A DNA stretch of 63,150 nt, counting the filler, from Phoronis australis (taxonomy: Eukaryota; Animalia; Phoronida): NCBI GenBank assembly GCA_002633005.1. It is 4 parts of 4 records of this genome, joined end to end, with 100 filler letters (N's around TTAATTAATTAA, not from the genome) between each part and the next. Parts side by side here need not be neighbours in the genome. Positions count along the whole stretch, not along the records: positions 24,573 to 53,260 come from NMRA01000509.1; 3 more parts are not named here. One strand, 5' to 3'. Every line of letters begins with the position of its first letter. Positions within the stretch are counted from its first letter, which is position 1. The position numbers and the translations under genes are program-made. The notes below the pieces were generated by a model. The model saw only the letters and a program-made list of their open reading frames with translations. It was not told where the DNA came from and searched no databases. Below are positions 37,503 through 49,145 of this stretch, piece after piece.

Positions 37503-39630
37503 ACATTGACATAGAGGTAGGTGCAAGGTAGGTCCTTTGATCGCCAAGAGCATCTTTGGGAGGAGCAATCTTTTTTGCACTAGCAACTAACCATCTCAAA
37601 GATAGCCCCTGGCGCCGGAAGCTCCTAAGTTGTGAGAGTTTCAGCTGGCCATCTTTGTCCTAGTAAATTCATTGAGCAATCGATCAAGGAACCCCTGTCG
37701 AGAAATGGCTGCCTGGCCCCACACTCTGACCTGAATGAACACCCACAGCACATGCTATTTCAAAGCACCAACGGTTGGTGGAAGTTTTTCGCTGTTTACT
37801 GACGAGGTACCATTTCAGCTCTGTTATGCTATTTCTGTCAATACCCTGTGGTGAGTATGCAGCACATGTAAAAGGGGGCTATGCGAACAGAGGTTCACCT
37901 GTTATTTCAGAATTAGTACAAAGAGTCTGCAGTGCATTGACAACATAACTGTCCTCCTTCAAATACATATTCAGCCTACACAATCGACCAGTGTTGTCTT
38001 CCCCTGTAAAAGCATAGAAAGCTGGAAGAGCCTTTGCCCGCGAAGCAGCTATTGCTGTCTATATTGTATTGACGTCCACAATCACAGATTCCATGGAGAC
38101 TGGAGTATGTCGGAGAAGTCTGTCATGATAGGCAATGACGAGTACCAGAACATTAGTACCAGCTCAAAAAAACATCAGCTGAGAATCAGGAATGTTTCGA
38201 TGTGATGCCAAGACTGCATGATGTATTAGCTCTGCTTATTCGGGATTGTACTCATCTAGGCGTAGGTGACGTCAGTTGCTCTTTGTGCATTTTGAAGCTG
38301 AAGTAATCGCTATCTTGGCAGAGTCTTTACTATATTCAAGTGTCTTTGTAGACATATATTCAGTTAGTTGAACCTTTGTTTGGTCATTGGAGAGGAAATG
38401 ACTCATTGGGATAATCTGTATGTTAGTGTCATCTCTTGTCTGGTACTGTACTTGACTCCTTCTTTGCCTCCTTTTTTCACTTGTGGCTTGTTTCAAAGAG
38501 TTGTCTCTTTGGGTGTCAAAAACCGGAATGATCTCGTCATAATCTCTAGTTAAGAACATCACTTCCGTGCTACCCACCAGTGTGGCTTGAGTGAACATAC
38601 TCGGTGGATGCCATTGTTTGCAATGTTTTCTGGGTCTAAAACCTCTCTTGCAGCTTGATGACTGCCCTGTTCTAAGACGTCTGCTTTTGAAAGATTTTGC
38701 AGAAGGTGGATTAGCTTCGACTTGTCTGTGCATGGCAGCATTGCCCCACTAGCAGCAAAGAATGCTCTTGGTGAGAGGGTGAATTTGTATTGGCTGATGG
38801 CATGTTCCTGCTCGATTTGTCTATTTAACTTGATAAGTACCATCAGCCTGCCATGCGGGTCCTTGGTCACCTTGAGATTCTCAGTGTTGTCATAGAATTT
38901 CATGGCTGCCTTCTTGTGTCCTGACATGAACATCTTATCGTTCGCCCTTTTGACTGATGACCAAAAGCTCTTATCTCCATTGATTCTCTTAGCGGCATAA
39001 TCTTCGTACAGTGTCAGGCCGTGTCATCGGAAAACAATATCTTTGGGCAATGCTGTTGTGGGACATATGCATGTGTGATCATGCCGTACAGCTTGTCACC
39101 CTGCACTGTAGCTGGATTGACATGGTAGAGTATGGCACTTTTAATCCAGTCTATGACATTGTGATCTCTCTTGATCTGGTAGCTGAGAGTTCTTTTGCTT
39201 GATTCCTGTTTCAGTGCTGAATTGAAATCTCTGGACAGACAGGAAAGTTCTTGAGCTGCCATGAAGAATCTCTGCCTGGCCTTGGTATTGTTAGAAATAC
39301 TGGTCAGTCCAGAATGGACCTTCGTCATCCTGTTGAGGTGTTCACAAATGTGATCTGTACCAACGGACACAAATGGGATTTCAGTTTCGGTGACTGATAA
39401 GTTGCCTGTTCCGAGATCAGTCCAGGTGTCGGGGTAATTGGTTCTTAGATCTTGCATACCAGCAACGTATCTGGGCCAGAATCTTTTGTATTTGATGCGA
39501 TCAAGAGCAAAGTAGATCTTGCTCATTGCATCAGCAGTCTGTAGATGCAGAGTCAAGTCAGCATTTTGAGATGCTGCCACAGATAGCAGGACGTTTTCGA
39601 CTGAATGTAAATAGTTCTTAGTGGACTTAA

Positions 39631-41137
39631 AGGAGAATGCCACCCAAAAACAACCTATTTTGTATCAATTTAGATCGAGGAGTTCTACTCGATAACAGCA
39701 CGTTCGGTTGCGTTACCTGACACCTGACGGCAGACGGAGGTGTTGAAATTATCCAATGACGTCATTTGGTTTCACACGCAGTCTGTTCTATAGTTCACAA
39801 CACGGGTTACTGGTGCCAGCTTATCGCTTGAAGTCATCGTTTAACACCAATAAATCATCAAACTTCGATTAAAACCCTTACAAATACACCGAGTTCTTAT
39901 AAAAACGTGTTGTTTTATTTCGTTACGGATTTATTGGTATTTGGACACACCATAGCCAACAAAATTCGGCAGGCCAATTTACCAAGGTTCGTAGCAGGAG
40001 TTTGGAGTCTCCTCGGAGATAAATTCGAAGTATTCTTCCGAGACATGAGAACCTAGATCTGTGTGGTTTAGACTTATGATTTTTTGAGTTCTAAACCCAT
40101 AAAACGCTTTTTAGCCCGGCCGCAGCGGCTTAGAACCCGATCAGGCCCGTCGCGGTCACCGGGGCAGGCACGAACATACATGTAAACCAGCTTGAGCTGG
40201 AAACTAAACCTCCAGTCACGAAAAGACTATAATAGTGAGCCAAAGAAATAATGTTCACATAATTATTTATGTGAATCAGCTGAAAATCTACTTACATGTA
40301 CTTGTCGGGGGCCACGAAGTCGGGTTCCCCTTCCACAGACCGTCAGGGCAAAGGCTGTACAGTAACAATGATTTGAATAATGTATTTGTATTTCTAAACA
40401 AAGATTCCCCTAACATGTGACCATAGCATATAAAATCGAGTAATTGTTTCACAACAGCTTTCTGTCAGCAAACACTGAATTAGCATGCGCTCACACGGAC
40501 TCGGTGTCCGGTCAATTACCTTTATTGGTTAGGATGAGAATAATTCATTTTGAAACAGAACGAAGAATAATAAACGTCTACATGGCAACTTGCCTGGCGC
40601 CAATCCCGACTTAGTCAAGAGCTCATCCGACGAAGACTTCACGGGTCGGATCCTTAGGTTTCACAGGCTATCAGTTCGAACCGGAATACACTGATCAAGA
40701 AACACTAGAGAGGCGCCGTGAACATGCAACGGAACATATGGATAGTTCTTTTGGTAAGCTGAAATTCGTCAGAGAAATTACTGTCAACGAAATGCCGACA
40801 CGGAGATGTTTCACGGCCTCATACTTGCTATTAACAGCGTACCTTTCATTCTTCACTACCGCGAGCCACGTCCTAAGCATTTCAGGCTCTCGAGGAAGTC
40901 GAAATAACGATATACCCGCTTTCTTCGCAGCTTCATAGTTCGGAAAAACGGGAACGATGCACTGTAATATAGCGGTATTCACTCTGCAGACGAACCAATG
41001 ACGTGGTCGTTTATCACCTTCCTCAAAGGTTAACACTACACCTCTCGGCAAGGTGAGGTCGTCCGTATAATAGACGATGTAGATATAGACCGATTAAGAC
41101 GGTAAATAAGACTAATTAAATCGGGTGGCCTTCTCCT
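39631..41137. mobile_element. Non-autonomous Kolobok element (THAP relic on -, KolX-like relic on +)
   Basis: TTAA TSD (39627-39630, 41138-41141) and a 15-bp TIR AGGAGAA(T/G)GCCACCC. THAP CIVP..FRLP..W..LRV at about 40965-40795 (-). GYQFEPEY at about 40666 (+). Removing the element rejoins the Academ frame as NAML-KSTKNY. Confidence 0.85.
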
Positions 41138-41939
41138 TTAAGCATGGCATTGGTTGATCTGTGGGCCTCCAATTCACTGGGTGATTCCAGTAGCTCGGCA
41201 ATTGGCAGCAATTCAAGAAAATTGTGACATGAGCTTGCTTTGTGCTCTTGGCCTTTCAGGTCTTGTTCTTCGGAACAGGCTGTTGCTGCTGATTTTACAG
41301 ACTCACAATAGATGGCTTCTAACTGTATATTTTCTTTAAATAATTCCTTTAGGACTCTCAAACAGTGCTTTATATGAGAAAATGTGGGTTCGGAGAGTAC
41401 GTTTGTAGTGAGTGCACTTTAGAATCTTTCTGTTGTTGCTGTGCCAAAGACGTCGCCTTCTATTCAGGTATCATCTATGGCAGAATTCTCTATGGACGTA
41501 CGAAGTGCTCTCAGATCAGCCATTATGGAATTCCCCAAGTCTTGGGATCAATGTTTGCTTACGTTCAGGTCTTGTACACTGTATCCAGGAGCTGCACAAC
41601 CCTCTGGTATAGAGCCATGTCACATGAAATGGCATTTGGATAAGCTTCGCCAACAACCAGCCTCCTCAAATGGCTCGCCTGCATAACAATATTTAGAAGG
41701 ATCGACCATTCATGGGCCACCTCTGGAGGTAGTAGGGCACCAAACTTAGTGAAAGACTGGTTTGTAGAGATCAGTGAGTTGTAGCAGGGCCAGCATGGGA
41801 TATCCCTGTTGTTCTCGTCATTGATCCTCAATATATAATGTAAATAAAGGTTAATCAGCATTTCTGTGCTTCTTTGAAATATTCGTATCCTGAAGGGTTC
41901 GTAGCTGCTATTAAAAATGCCTTAGATTCTATGTATTGC

Positions 41940-42681
41940 TTTAGAAATAATGTTTTTCAGTCTCCAAAACTGAAATTTCAAATTATCGCCCAATAACTTT
42001 ACTTGACACCCTATCCAAAATCTTTGAGAAGATCATAACTCAAAGTATTCTTACATATCTCAAACAAAACAACTTGATCTATCATCGTCAATTTGGTTTT
42101 TTGCCTGGAAACAGCACCGTGGTACAACTTGTTGAAATGGTACATGACATTCATTTACATTTTGAGAAGGGCGAGAGTGTAGGTCCATTTTTCTAGATAT
42201 AGCTTCTGCCTTCGATTGTGTCCCTCACGACCTTCTACTTCACAAACTTCGATCCTAAGGCATTACTGGTATTCTTTTAAACATGGTGACCTCATATCTC
42301 TCCGATAGAACATACAGTGTTCGTGTCGACGGCGTACTTTCAACTTTATCCCTTCCTGGATTTGTAAACGCAGGTATACCGCAGGGTAGTGTATTGGGCC
42401 CTCTTCTCTTCTTGGTTTATATTAATGACCTTCCTGATAACCTGTCATGTAGCACATACTTTTATGCAGGTGAAACGGCGCTTTTTTACCCCATCGCAAG
42501 GAGCAGCCGTGAAAGATCCTTGCAGCTTCAACACGACTTAAATAAACTAAGCTATTGGTCACAAGAATGGCGAATGAATTTTAAACTAGAAAAAAGCGTT
42601 GACCTCACCTTCTCCAAATCTACTAATGCTCTCCTCCTTGTTGACCCGTCTTATTACCTTCAAATCAGCGTCCAGCGCTAA
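41940..42681 (+). mobile_element. Non-LTR retrotransposon (CR1/L2-like) reverse transcriptase fragment
   Basis: SNYRPITLLDTLSKIFEKI, QFGF, FLDIASAFDCV, GIPQGSVLGPLLFLVYINDL, and degenerate YAGE at the YADD position. Stop and frameshift present. Confidence 0.9.
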
Positions 42682-43417
42682 AACACCTTTTTGACACTAG
42701 AATTGTATGTATTGTTCATAAAAAATATTGTTTTTTGTTTCTTACATACCACGGAAAGTAATTAATTTCGAAGCAAATTACACCGCTCATAATTCGTAGC
42801 CCCTTCCAGCGCCCCAGAAAAAATCTTAACCAATCAGCGTAAAGTGGTTCATATGACACCATCGTGGCCACGAAATTACTTTAAAATTCCTTTCCAAACA
42901 AAATGTGGAGGCAGCCATTAAAGGCAATATTCTAAGTGATACTGAGCAAAATGCATTTTAAAGCGCCATTTTTGAAATTCTAGAATGGATGCCAAGATGG
43001 CCGCCAACAAAGTTGAAATTTCCAATTCTCTGACCTCAGAAATGCAACATTCTACAAGTGACCCAAGGGCGGAGATATTGGGCAAAATCTATTTTACCGA
43101 CGCCATTTTTGAAACTCCAAGATGGCCGCCAAAAATGGAATCAATTATTTTCTGATTCGTCAATCCATGAAGTTTCCAAAAGTGTATACTTTTTACTTTC
43201 CCCAAAAAAATCCAACGAATGTCAAAGTTTGGAGACAGTGAACCTGACTAGAACTGAATATGAAAGCAAAACGGCCAGAGACAAAGAGTGGGCAAATTTG
43301 CCGGCCAATTAACTCGCTTACTGAACGTTAAATTTGCGCGTGCTTGATATAAGAATTATCTAAAAGTATCAATGGCCATATTGTCAAAATACCGTAACAT
43401 CCCGCATACAAGCCTTT

Positions 43418-45911
43418 TAGGCCATAGTCCCAGCTCTCCAGGCTATCTTTCACCTCCGTGGCCACTTTCTGGGGGCAACGGGAACTTTGCATTAAACCCA
43501 TCTACAGATGTTCAAAAGTCAATTTCAAAATAGTTCCCAAGAATACACTTGCACGTTAAGTTAGAATTTTAATTAAAAAGTTGGAAAAATATAACCTCAA
43601 CTAATGTGTTAGCCACTAGGTGTCAGTGCAAAATGATCCAAACAACCAATCAAATGCCAGAAAAATATTGTGTCCATACCATTTCCCTTCAAAAGTCGTC
43701 TGTTTGGCATTAAAACGTTCATCAGAGGACATTCAGCTGATGTTATCCTGCTGGCATAGCTAGCTTGTTTACTGCTACTTACTACATGAGATAGTATCAT
43801 TTCTTGGATGGGTGTGCAAGTAGTAGGCAATTACCAAGGACCAAGGCTAAAAACCAGCAGGCAGCAGTTAGGAATTGAGGAAAGCTAAATTAAGCGGCCA
43901 CGAGTGTCATCGTAGTGAAACAATTCTTGGCACATTCCTGAATCATTTTGTGTTTCGCAAAGAACAGTTTTGGGACAGCTAGGACTCTGAAAAGGTGTCA
44001 TTTATGGTAAAAGAACTTTAGTTTAGGTCACACTACAAAAGTATTTTGCTTTAAAAATTTGTAGCAATAGTCGTCTCAATCTCAAATGTACTGGCAATAG
44101 TTTTTACCTACATATGAGTGATCAGCACTGCTTTTTATGAATTTCTAAGCCTATTTTGAAACCCTTTTATGTAAAATCATGTGCAGCGCTTGGAATTTGA
44201 GAAATATAAAAATGGAAATATTGCCTGTGTTCTGCAATTCATTTATCTTGAAAATTCAAATGTTGCGCAGATTTCAGTATCTCACGTTTTGAAGATTGTT
44301 TGAATGGAGTTTTTAGCGAAGGAAAATGTTTCCTCTTCCAATTATGTGCTATTTAAAACAGAAAGTCAAATGAAATTTTAGCTCTACGATAAAGAAGACG
44401 CTTTTCAATTTCAAACATGACATTCCTCTATTTTTAAAGGCTGAACTACACAAAAATGTTTCTATGTTATAAATTGTTTGAAGACAGCTGCACAGTGCAA
44501 TCAATGCTAGTAATGATGCTCATTTCTCTTAATGCTTATTTTCGCTGAGCACTTAGACGAAATGAAATTTCAGTTGTTGGCCATACTGAGTGCTAAGGTG
44601 AAGAGCATTTTGGTTATCTATTTCAGTTAAATAGGATTACTGTAACAATGTGTTTAGATGAAATGGTATTCAGATTGTCAAAACTTTTTTTTATTTTGGG
44701 TAGGATGCAGGCTTGCAGATTTTTTTAACTTTTTCTTTGCCATTAAAGTTGGGCTCAAAATTTGTGTTTCCAGGTTAACTCATGGAAGGCTTTTGAACTG
44801 TTTGTATGTAAGCTGTACGACGTGTCATCAACGGTTAACAACGCAAGCTACCACATATTCAGGTTGAAATCTGTGATCTGCCACCCCATCATGATTGTTT
44901 GTTGTTACATGCTGAAAGGGCAAACTACCCCTGTGCCATTCACAAACCAGCCTTGCAACAGCATCACCAGTTGGTAATGGGTGGCTTTTGGAACAGGTTA
45001 GTCTGAAGCTCCACTGGATGACTCAGTCTGCCTTTAGCTCCAGAAAATGCCATGAAAAATGTTAATGGCAAGTGTAAAAGAAGTGGTTGTAGTAAAAAAT
45101 GTGCTCTTGTTTGAAGTCAGGCATACCATGTTCTAAGTTGTGTGACTGTCCAGACTACATGTATGTGAACTCGGTGTCTCAGTCAAACACACAACTTTTG
45201 ATGACAACAATGATGATATAAATGATGATATAAATGATTATGGAGTGGATTAAGAAACATAATAAGTGTATGCTATGTTGTTAAAGAACTTTATAATTTT
45301 CTTGCTGGTGACTGTGGGGACTGTTGGGTGTATCGTTCCCTGTGACAGTTGACAGTGAACAGCAATGTGGATAATGCTAATTAATTGTGACAATTTATGA
45401 AAGTGGTGACAGTGAATTTGTTGCAGAAGTGTTGGAAATGTATATTGTTCATATGTAGGTTGTGATATCAAGTCTTCATCAAGTTCCATTTAAATGTTTA
45501 AGGGTATTTTTTTTTGGCAGATCAGAATATAGTAGTATGTTTTCTGGCCAACAGGAAGCGCTGATTAAATATTATTTTTCTCTTTTTTGAGCAATTTTCC
45601 GCCTAATATCATAATATATCTCACTTTTCTTGTTCATTAACTTCAACTGAACAAATCCCAATCAAATTATCATTCAGTTTTTGTCTAGGGTTGCTGGTTT
45701 TTGAAGATTGATTTTCTGTACCAAATTATGTAAAAAGTCAGATTTTTGAAGTCACATTTCTCAAAAACGTGCAAGTCAAACCTTGGGAGCTTTTTAGATT
45801 CTTAAAGTACAGCACTTAATGACCTTAAAAACACCAAAATTATCTTGCCCCCAAAAAGTGGCCACGGAAGAGATTTTCTAGGCTTCCTAGAGTCGAATGG
45901 CCTATGGCCTA
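43418..45911 (+). mobile_element. Internally deleted Academ element
   Basis: Termini TAGGCCATAG and CTATGGCCTA flanked by TTT on both sides. Imperfect TIRs include TCCGTGGCCACTTT.TGGGGGCAA (about 43455-43478 vs 45845-45868). 44773-45170 encodes FELFVCKLYD..VNNASYHIF / LHAERANY..GNGW..HWMT..CKRSGC..GIPCSKLCDC. Confidence 0.75.
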
Positions 45912-47268
45912 TTTTACGTGGAATACATTTACAAAGTGGAGCAGCAGATCGGTGTAGAAGCCATGAAAAGGGCACATACCAGCGTCGTCATTTTGATCGT
46001 GTCAGTAGGGAAAGGCTCAAACCAAATTGTCCAAAATCTATTCAGGAGATTGGTGTTTTGTTTATTTTTAAATACATGTAATTCGCGTAGGCTATCTATA
46101 AGATCAACCACGAAAACGAGAATGGGAAACATGAATCGTGAGTTTCCGAATCTGCTCCGAGGACACTACACACAAACTGAAAAAAATTCACACAACATGC
46201 AAGCCATGGTAAACACACAAAAACAAATATACCGTCAAAACTTCCATCGCATAGCTGTTATCACATGGATGAAATTCAAGAGGATAAATTCTGGGGTCCA
46301 TTTTCCACGCAAAGTCGGCTCTTTTCAGTTTGAATCTGACCTGCGAAACTGCGTTGTGTGGAGTTTTACGGTAACCGTGCAACCTTCTGTGCGCAAAATC
46401 TGCGAGTGACATTTAGAAAAATGTGATAACAAATAATTTCACATATGTAACTTATAACAGTGCGCGTGACAGCACTCGTGCACAGACACGCGCCGTTATC
46501 TGGAATTTGCTCGGATACTTTACACTATAAAAAATCTCAGTTTAAAAGGAGTCATTTACCAGGTAGGGAGTGTTGTGAATCCATTCTTGTACGAGTTTAG
46601 ACATGTAGGCTAGTCAACACACGATACAGCGAACGAAATAATCCAGTTATGTGAGGATATACATGTACATGTAGAGCTAATTTAAGAGTGCTGTACTGAA
46701 GCTAGTGAAGGGAAGCCCCATTGCATTAACGTTTTTCACAAAATTTTGAAATTAATAGACAGAAATCAAATAGGCGAAAAATGCTTGTTCAGTGTGTTAT
46801 TATTAACCTATCAAATTACTTTTGGATAATTACGAAACTATGAACTGTCTTTTCCTAGAGTAATGGGGCATTTCTATTTTTAGTCTATTCGACGAATGCA
46901 CAATTCATAACTGTGAACGTACTCCTTGTTTAGTAAAAAGCCCCCCATTTTTAGGCCAGGTGCGCGCATGTAGTGGAAAGGAAGTCCAGTGTAGTGGAAA
47001 AGGAAAAAAATGCGCCAAAACGACTACGGTCAAATACATTGTACAAAAACTGACCGCTTTGTGATCGAAAACTAGAATCATTTGTTAATCAGCTGCATCA
47101 AATAAATCCATGAAAATCTGTTCAATTCCGCGTATTTCATCCCATCATGCTTCCAGGTATGCCGTTCCTTTTCGTAAAGGAAACAGAGTTATTTTACTTG
47201 ATTCTTTTTTCTAGGGCGATTTCATTCCTGCCACGGTTACATTGCGACATCCGACCCAAAGGCGAGAG

Positions 47269-48309
47269 ATGGGAATTGTCCAACTCAAAAAGGCATTCGC
47301 TTGGTATATGAGAAGGAAGTCTTGTTGTAAAGCTGGTCTGTTATGCGTTGTTTTGTTCGTGTTGTATGTGAACCTGGGAAAGACAGGTCGTCTTGTTCGT
47401 CATAGTAGACCTACTCCTCTGAGAAACAGAATTTTAATGGAAGAATTCACGCAAACTTCAGGAATAGTCACAAATACACACACCTTTCGGTTCCTGCTTA
47501 CCAACGAGGATATATGCAAGGGCGATACAATCCATCTCCTCATTTACGTTCACTCTGCACCTGGCAACTACAGACGCAGGGTTGTGATTCGGGATACATG
47601 GGGGAATCCGTCAGTCATGAGAGAGTTTGCTGGAATCAGAATAGTGTTTATGCTTGGCTTGCCTGCAACGGAGTCGGACCAAAAGGCTATTCTTTTGGAG
47701 AACGACATCTATAAAGACATTGTCCAGGAAGACTATGTTGATAGTTACAGAAACTTAACCTACAAAGGCATTCAAGCATTGAGATGGGTATCCACTTACT
47801 GCAGCACTGCACAGTACGTCCTCAAAACGGACGATGACGCTTTTGTCAATATCTTCAGCCTGTTGAAACACTTGCACGTATTGCAGGAATCCGGTCACGC
47901 ACAAGCAAATGCAATTTTTTGCAATGTTTGGGACCGAATGATAGTTGAAAGAAATGTCTCTAACAAATGGTACGTGTCAGAAACGGAAGTAAAAGACAGT
48001 ATATACCCGACCTACTGCTCTGGTTTGGCCTACATCGTATCGCGGGAACTGGTTCCGAAAATGTACTCTGTCGCATTTAGAATAAAATTCTTCTGGATCG
48101 ACGACGTGTTCATAACAGGATTGCTCGCTCGAGAAGTGGGTGCTACTCACGTTGATTTCGGATCCTTGTATGAATTTCACCAGGAAGATCTTGTACAGTA
48201 TGCTAGAAGCGGGAAAGTTTGGTCGATATTGTTTAGTCAACTGAAAGACCTAGACCACATGTACTACATGTGGGACCTCGTGAAAGGGAAATTTTGTGGC
48301 TCGTGCTAG
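47269..48309 (+). CDS. Beta-1,3-galactosyltransferase-like glycosyltransferase (GT31/Galactosyl_T), type II membrane protein, 346 aa
   Basis: Intact ORF with an N-terminal TM segment (AGLLCVVLFVLYV) and motifs RRVVIRDTWG, DSYRNLTYK, KTDDDAFVN, YPTYCSGLAY and IDDVFITG. A pyrimidine-tract AG acceptor at about 47214 precedes the first ATG. Confidence 0.93.
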   Translation: MGIVQLKKAFAWYMRRKSCCKAGLLCVVLFVLYVNLGKTGRLVRHSRPTPLRNRILMEEFTQTSGIVTNTHTFRFLLTNEDICKGDTIHLLIYVHSAPGNYRRRVVIRDTWGNPSVMREFAGIRIVFMLGLPATESDQKAILLENDIYKDIVQEDYVDSYRNLTYKGIQALRWVSTYCSTAQYVLKTDDDAFVNIFSLLKHLHVLQESGHAQANAIFCNVWDRMIVERNVSNKWYVSETEVKDSIYPTYCSGLAYIVSRELVPKMYSVAFRIKFFWIDDVFITGLLAREVGATHVDFGSLYEFHQEDLVQYARSGKVWSILFSQLKDLDHMYYMWDLVKGKFCGSC

Positions 48310-49145
48310 CCCTCAAATTTCAGATCTCCCTTATGTCCATAACCAGTCATACATGTAAATATGCACGTACGTAGGAGTGAATGCTTGCATGGTAATTTGA
48401 TAATTGTGGAACGTTAGTTGGTTGCGCCTCAGTTTAAATACATGTACATGTAGATTAGTTCAGCCAAACATGTCCAGAGTGTTTACACGCATGGAACAGT
48501 CTGCCGTTATTGTTGCACTTCCATGACTTTTGCGGATACGTACGGCCCGCCAGGCTCCGTTAAAAAAAACGGAAATAGCCAGTTCAGCAGCGACGTTAAC
48601 CTGGTTCCCGGGCCTCACAAGCTGACGTCACGGATTGCTTGTGGAGGCCCAGGTACAGGGCACTAGATCGATGGTTTTCATTGGCTGTTGGCTGGCAATT
48701 TTTAACCAGGAAGTTGACGTGCCCATGCTTATATCCGGTAATACGTTATGAGGTCGCTAGGTGTCGCGAGAGTAAAAAGTTATTTTGGGTTGCGTCTGCT
48801 GTCCAAGTCTCTGGTGAGGTGGCTGTTTATATTGTTATATTATCAACAAACTGAGCTGAAATTCATGTAATTGTCGATTCCTTATTATGTAAATAAACCT
48901 GAATTGATAATGGCTTCACCCTTTTCATTTGGAATTTTTCAGTTTTATTATTTGAAAGCTTTTATGAATTGTTCAGGTTTCTTACAGCAGGGGCGGATCC
49001 AGGATTTGGAGTTGGGGGAGGGGGCGGGGGCAGAGTATTTTGTTCGTCAGATATTCGCACCCCCAAACTTCCAAATGGAATCTGGGAGAGCTTTAGGCTG
49101 AGCTATGGCCTTCTTGCCACCCCCCCAAAAAAATAAAATTTGTCA

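Larger units (their letters stand above)
37530..43250 (-). mobile_element. Degenerate Academ DNA transposon (transposase, XPG/PIN-like region, Cys-rich tail) with nested Kolobok and LINE
   Basis: LRALRTSIENSAIDD (about 41500); LHLQ..FALDRIKYKRFWPRY..D..EHLNR..ARQRFF (39014-39626); LPAFYAFTGED (about 38010); PPTVGAL..H and C*CKKDCSSQRC (37780-37545). Candidate TAG-starting terminus TAGTCAGGTTCAC at 43250 with CAAGATGGCCGCC subterminal motifs. The other end was not found. Confidence 0.78.

Noticed and set aside
45897-46409. 170-aa ORF as a gene
   Set aside because: It starts inside a transposon terminus and has no recognisable motif.
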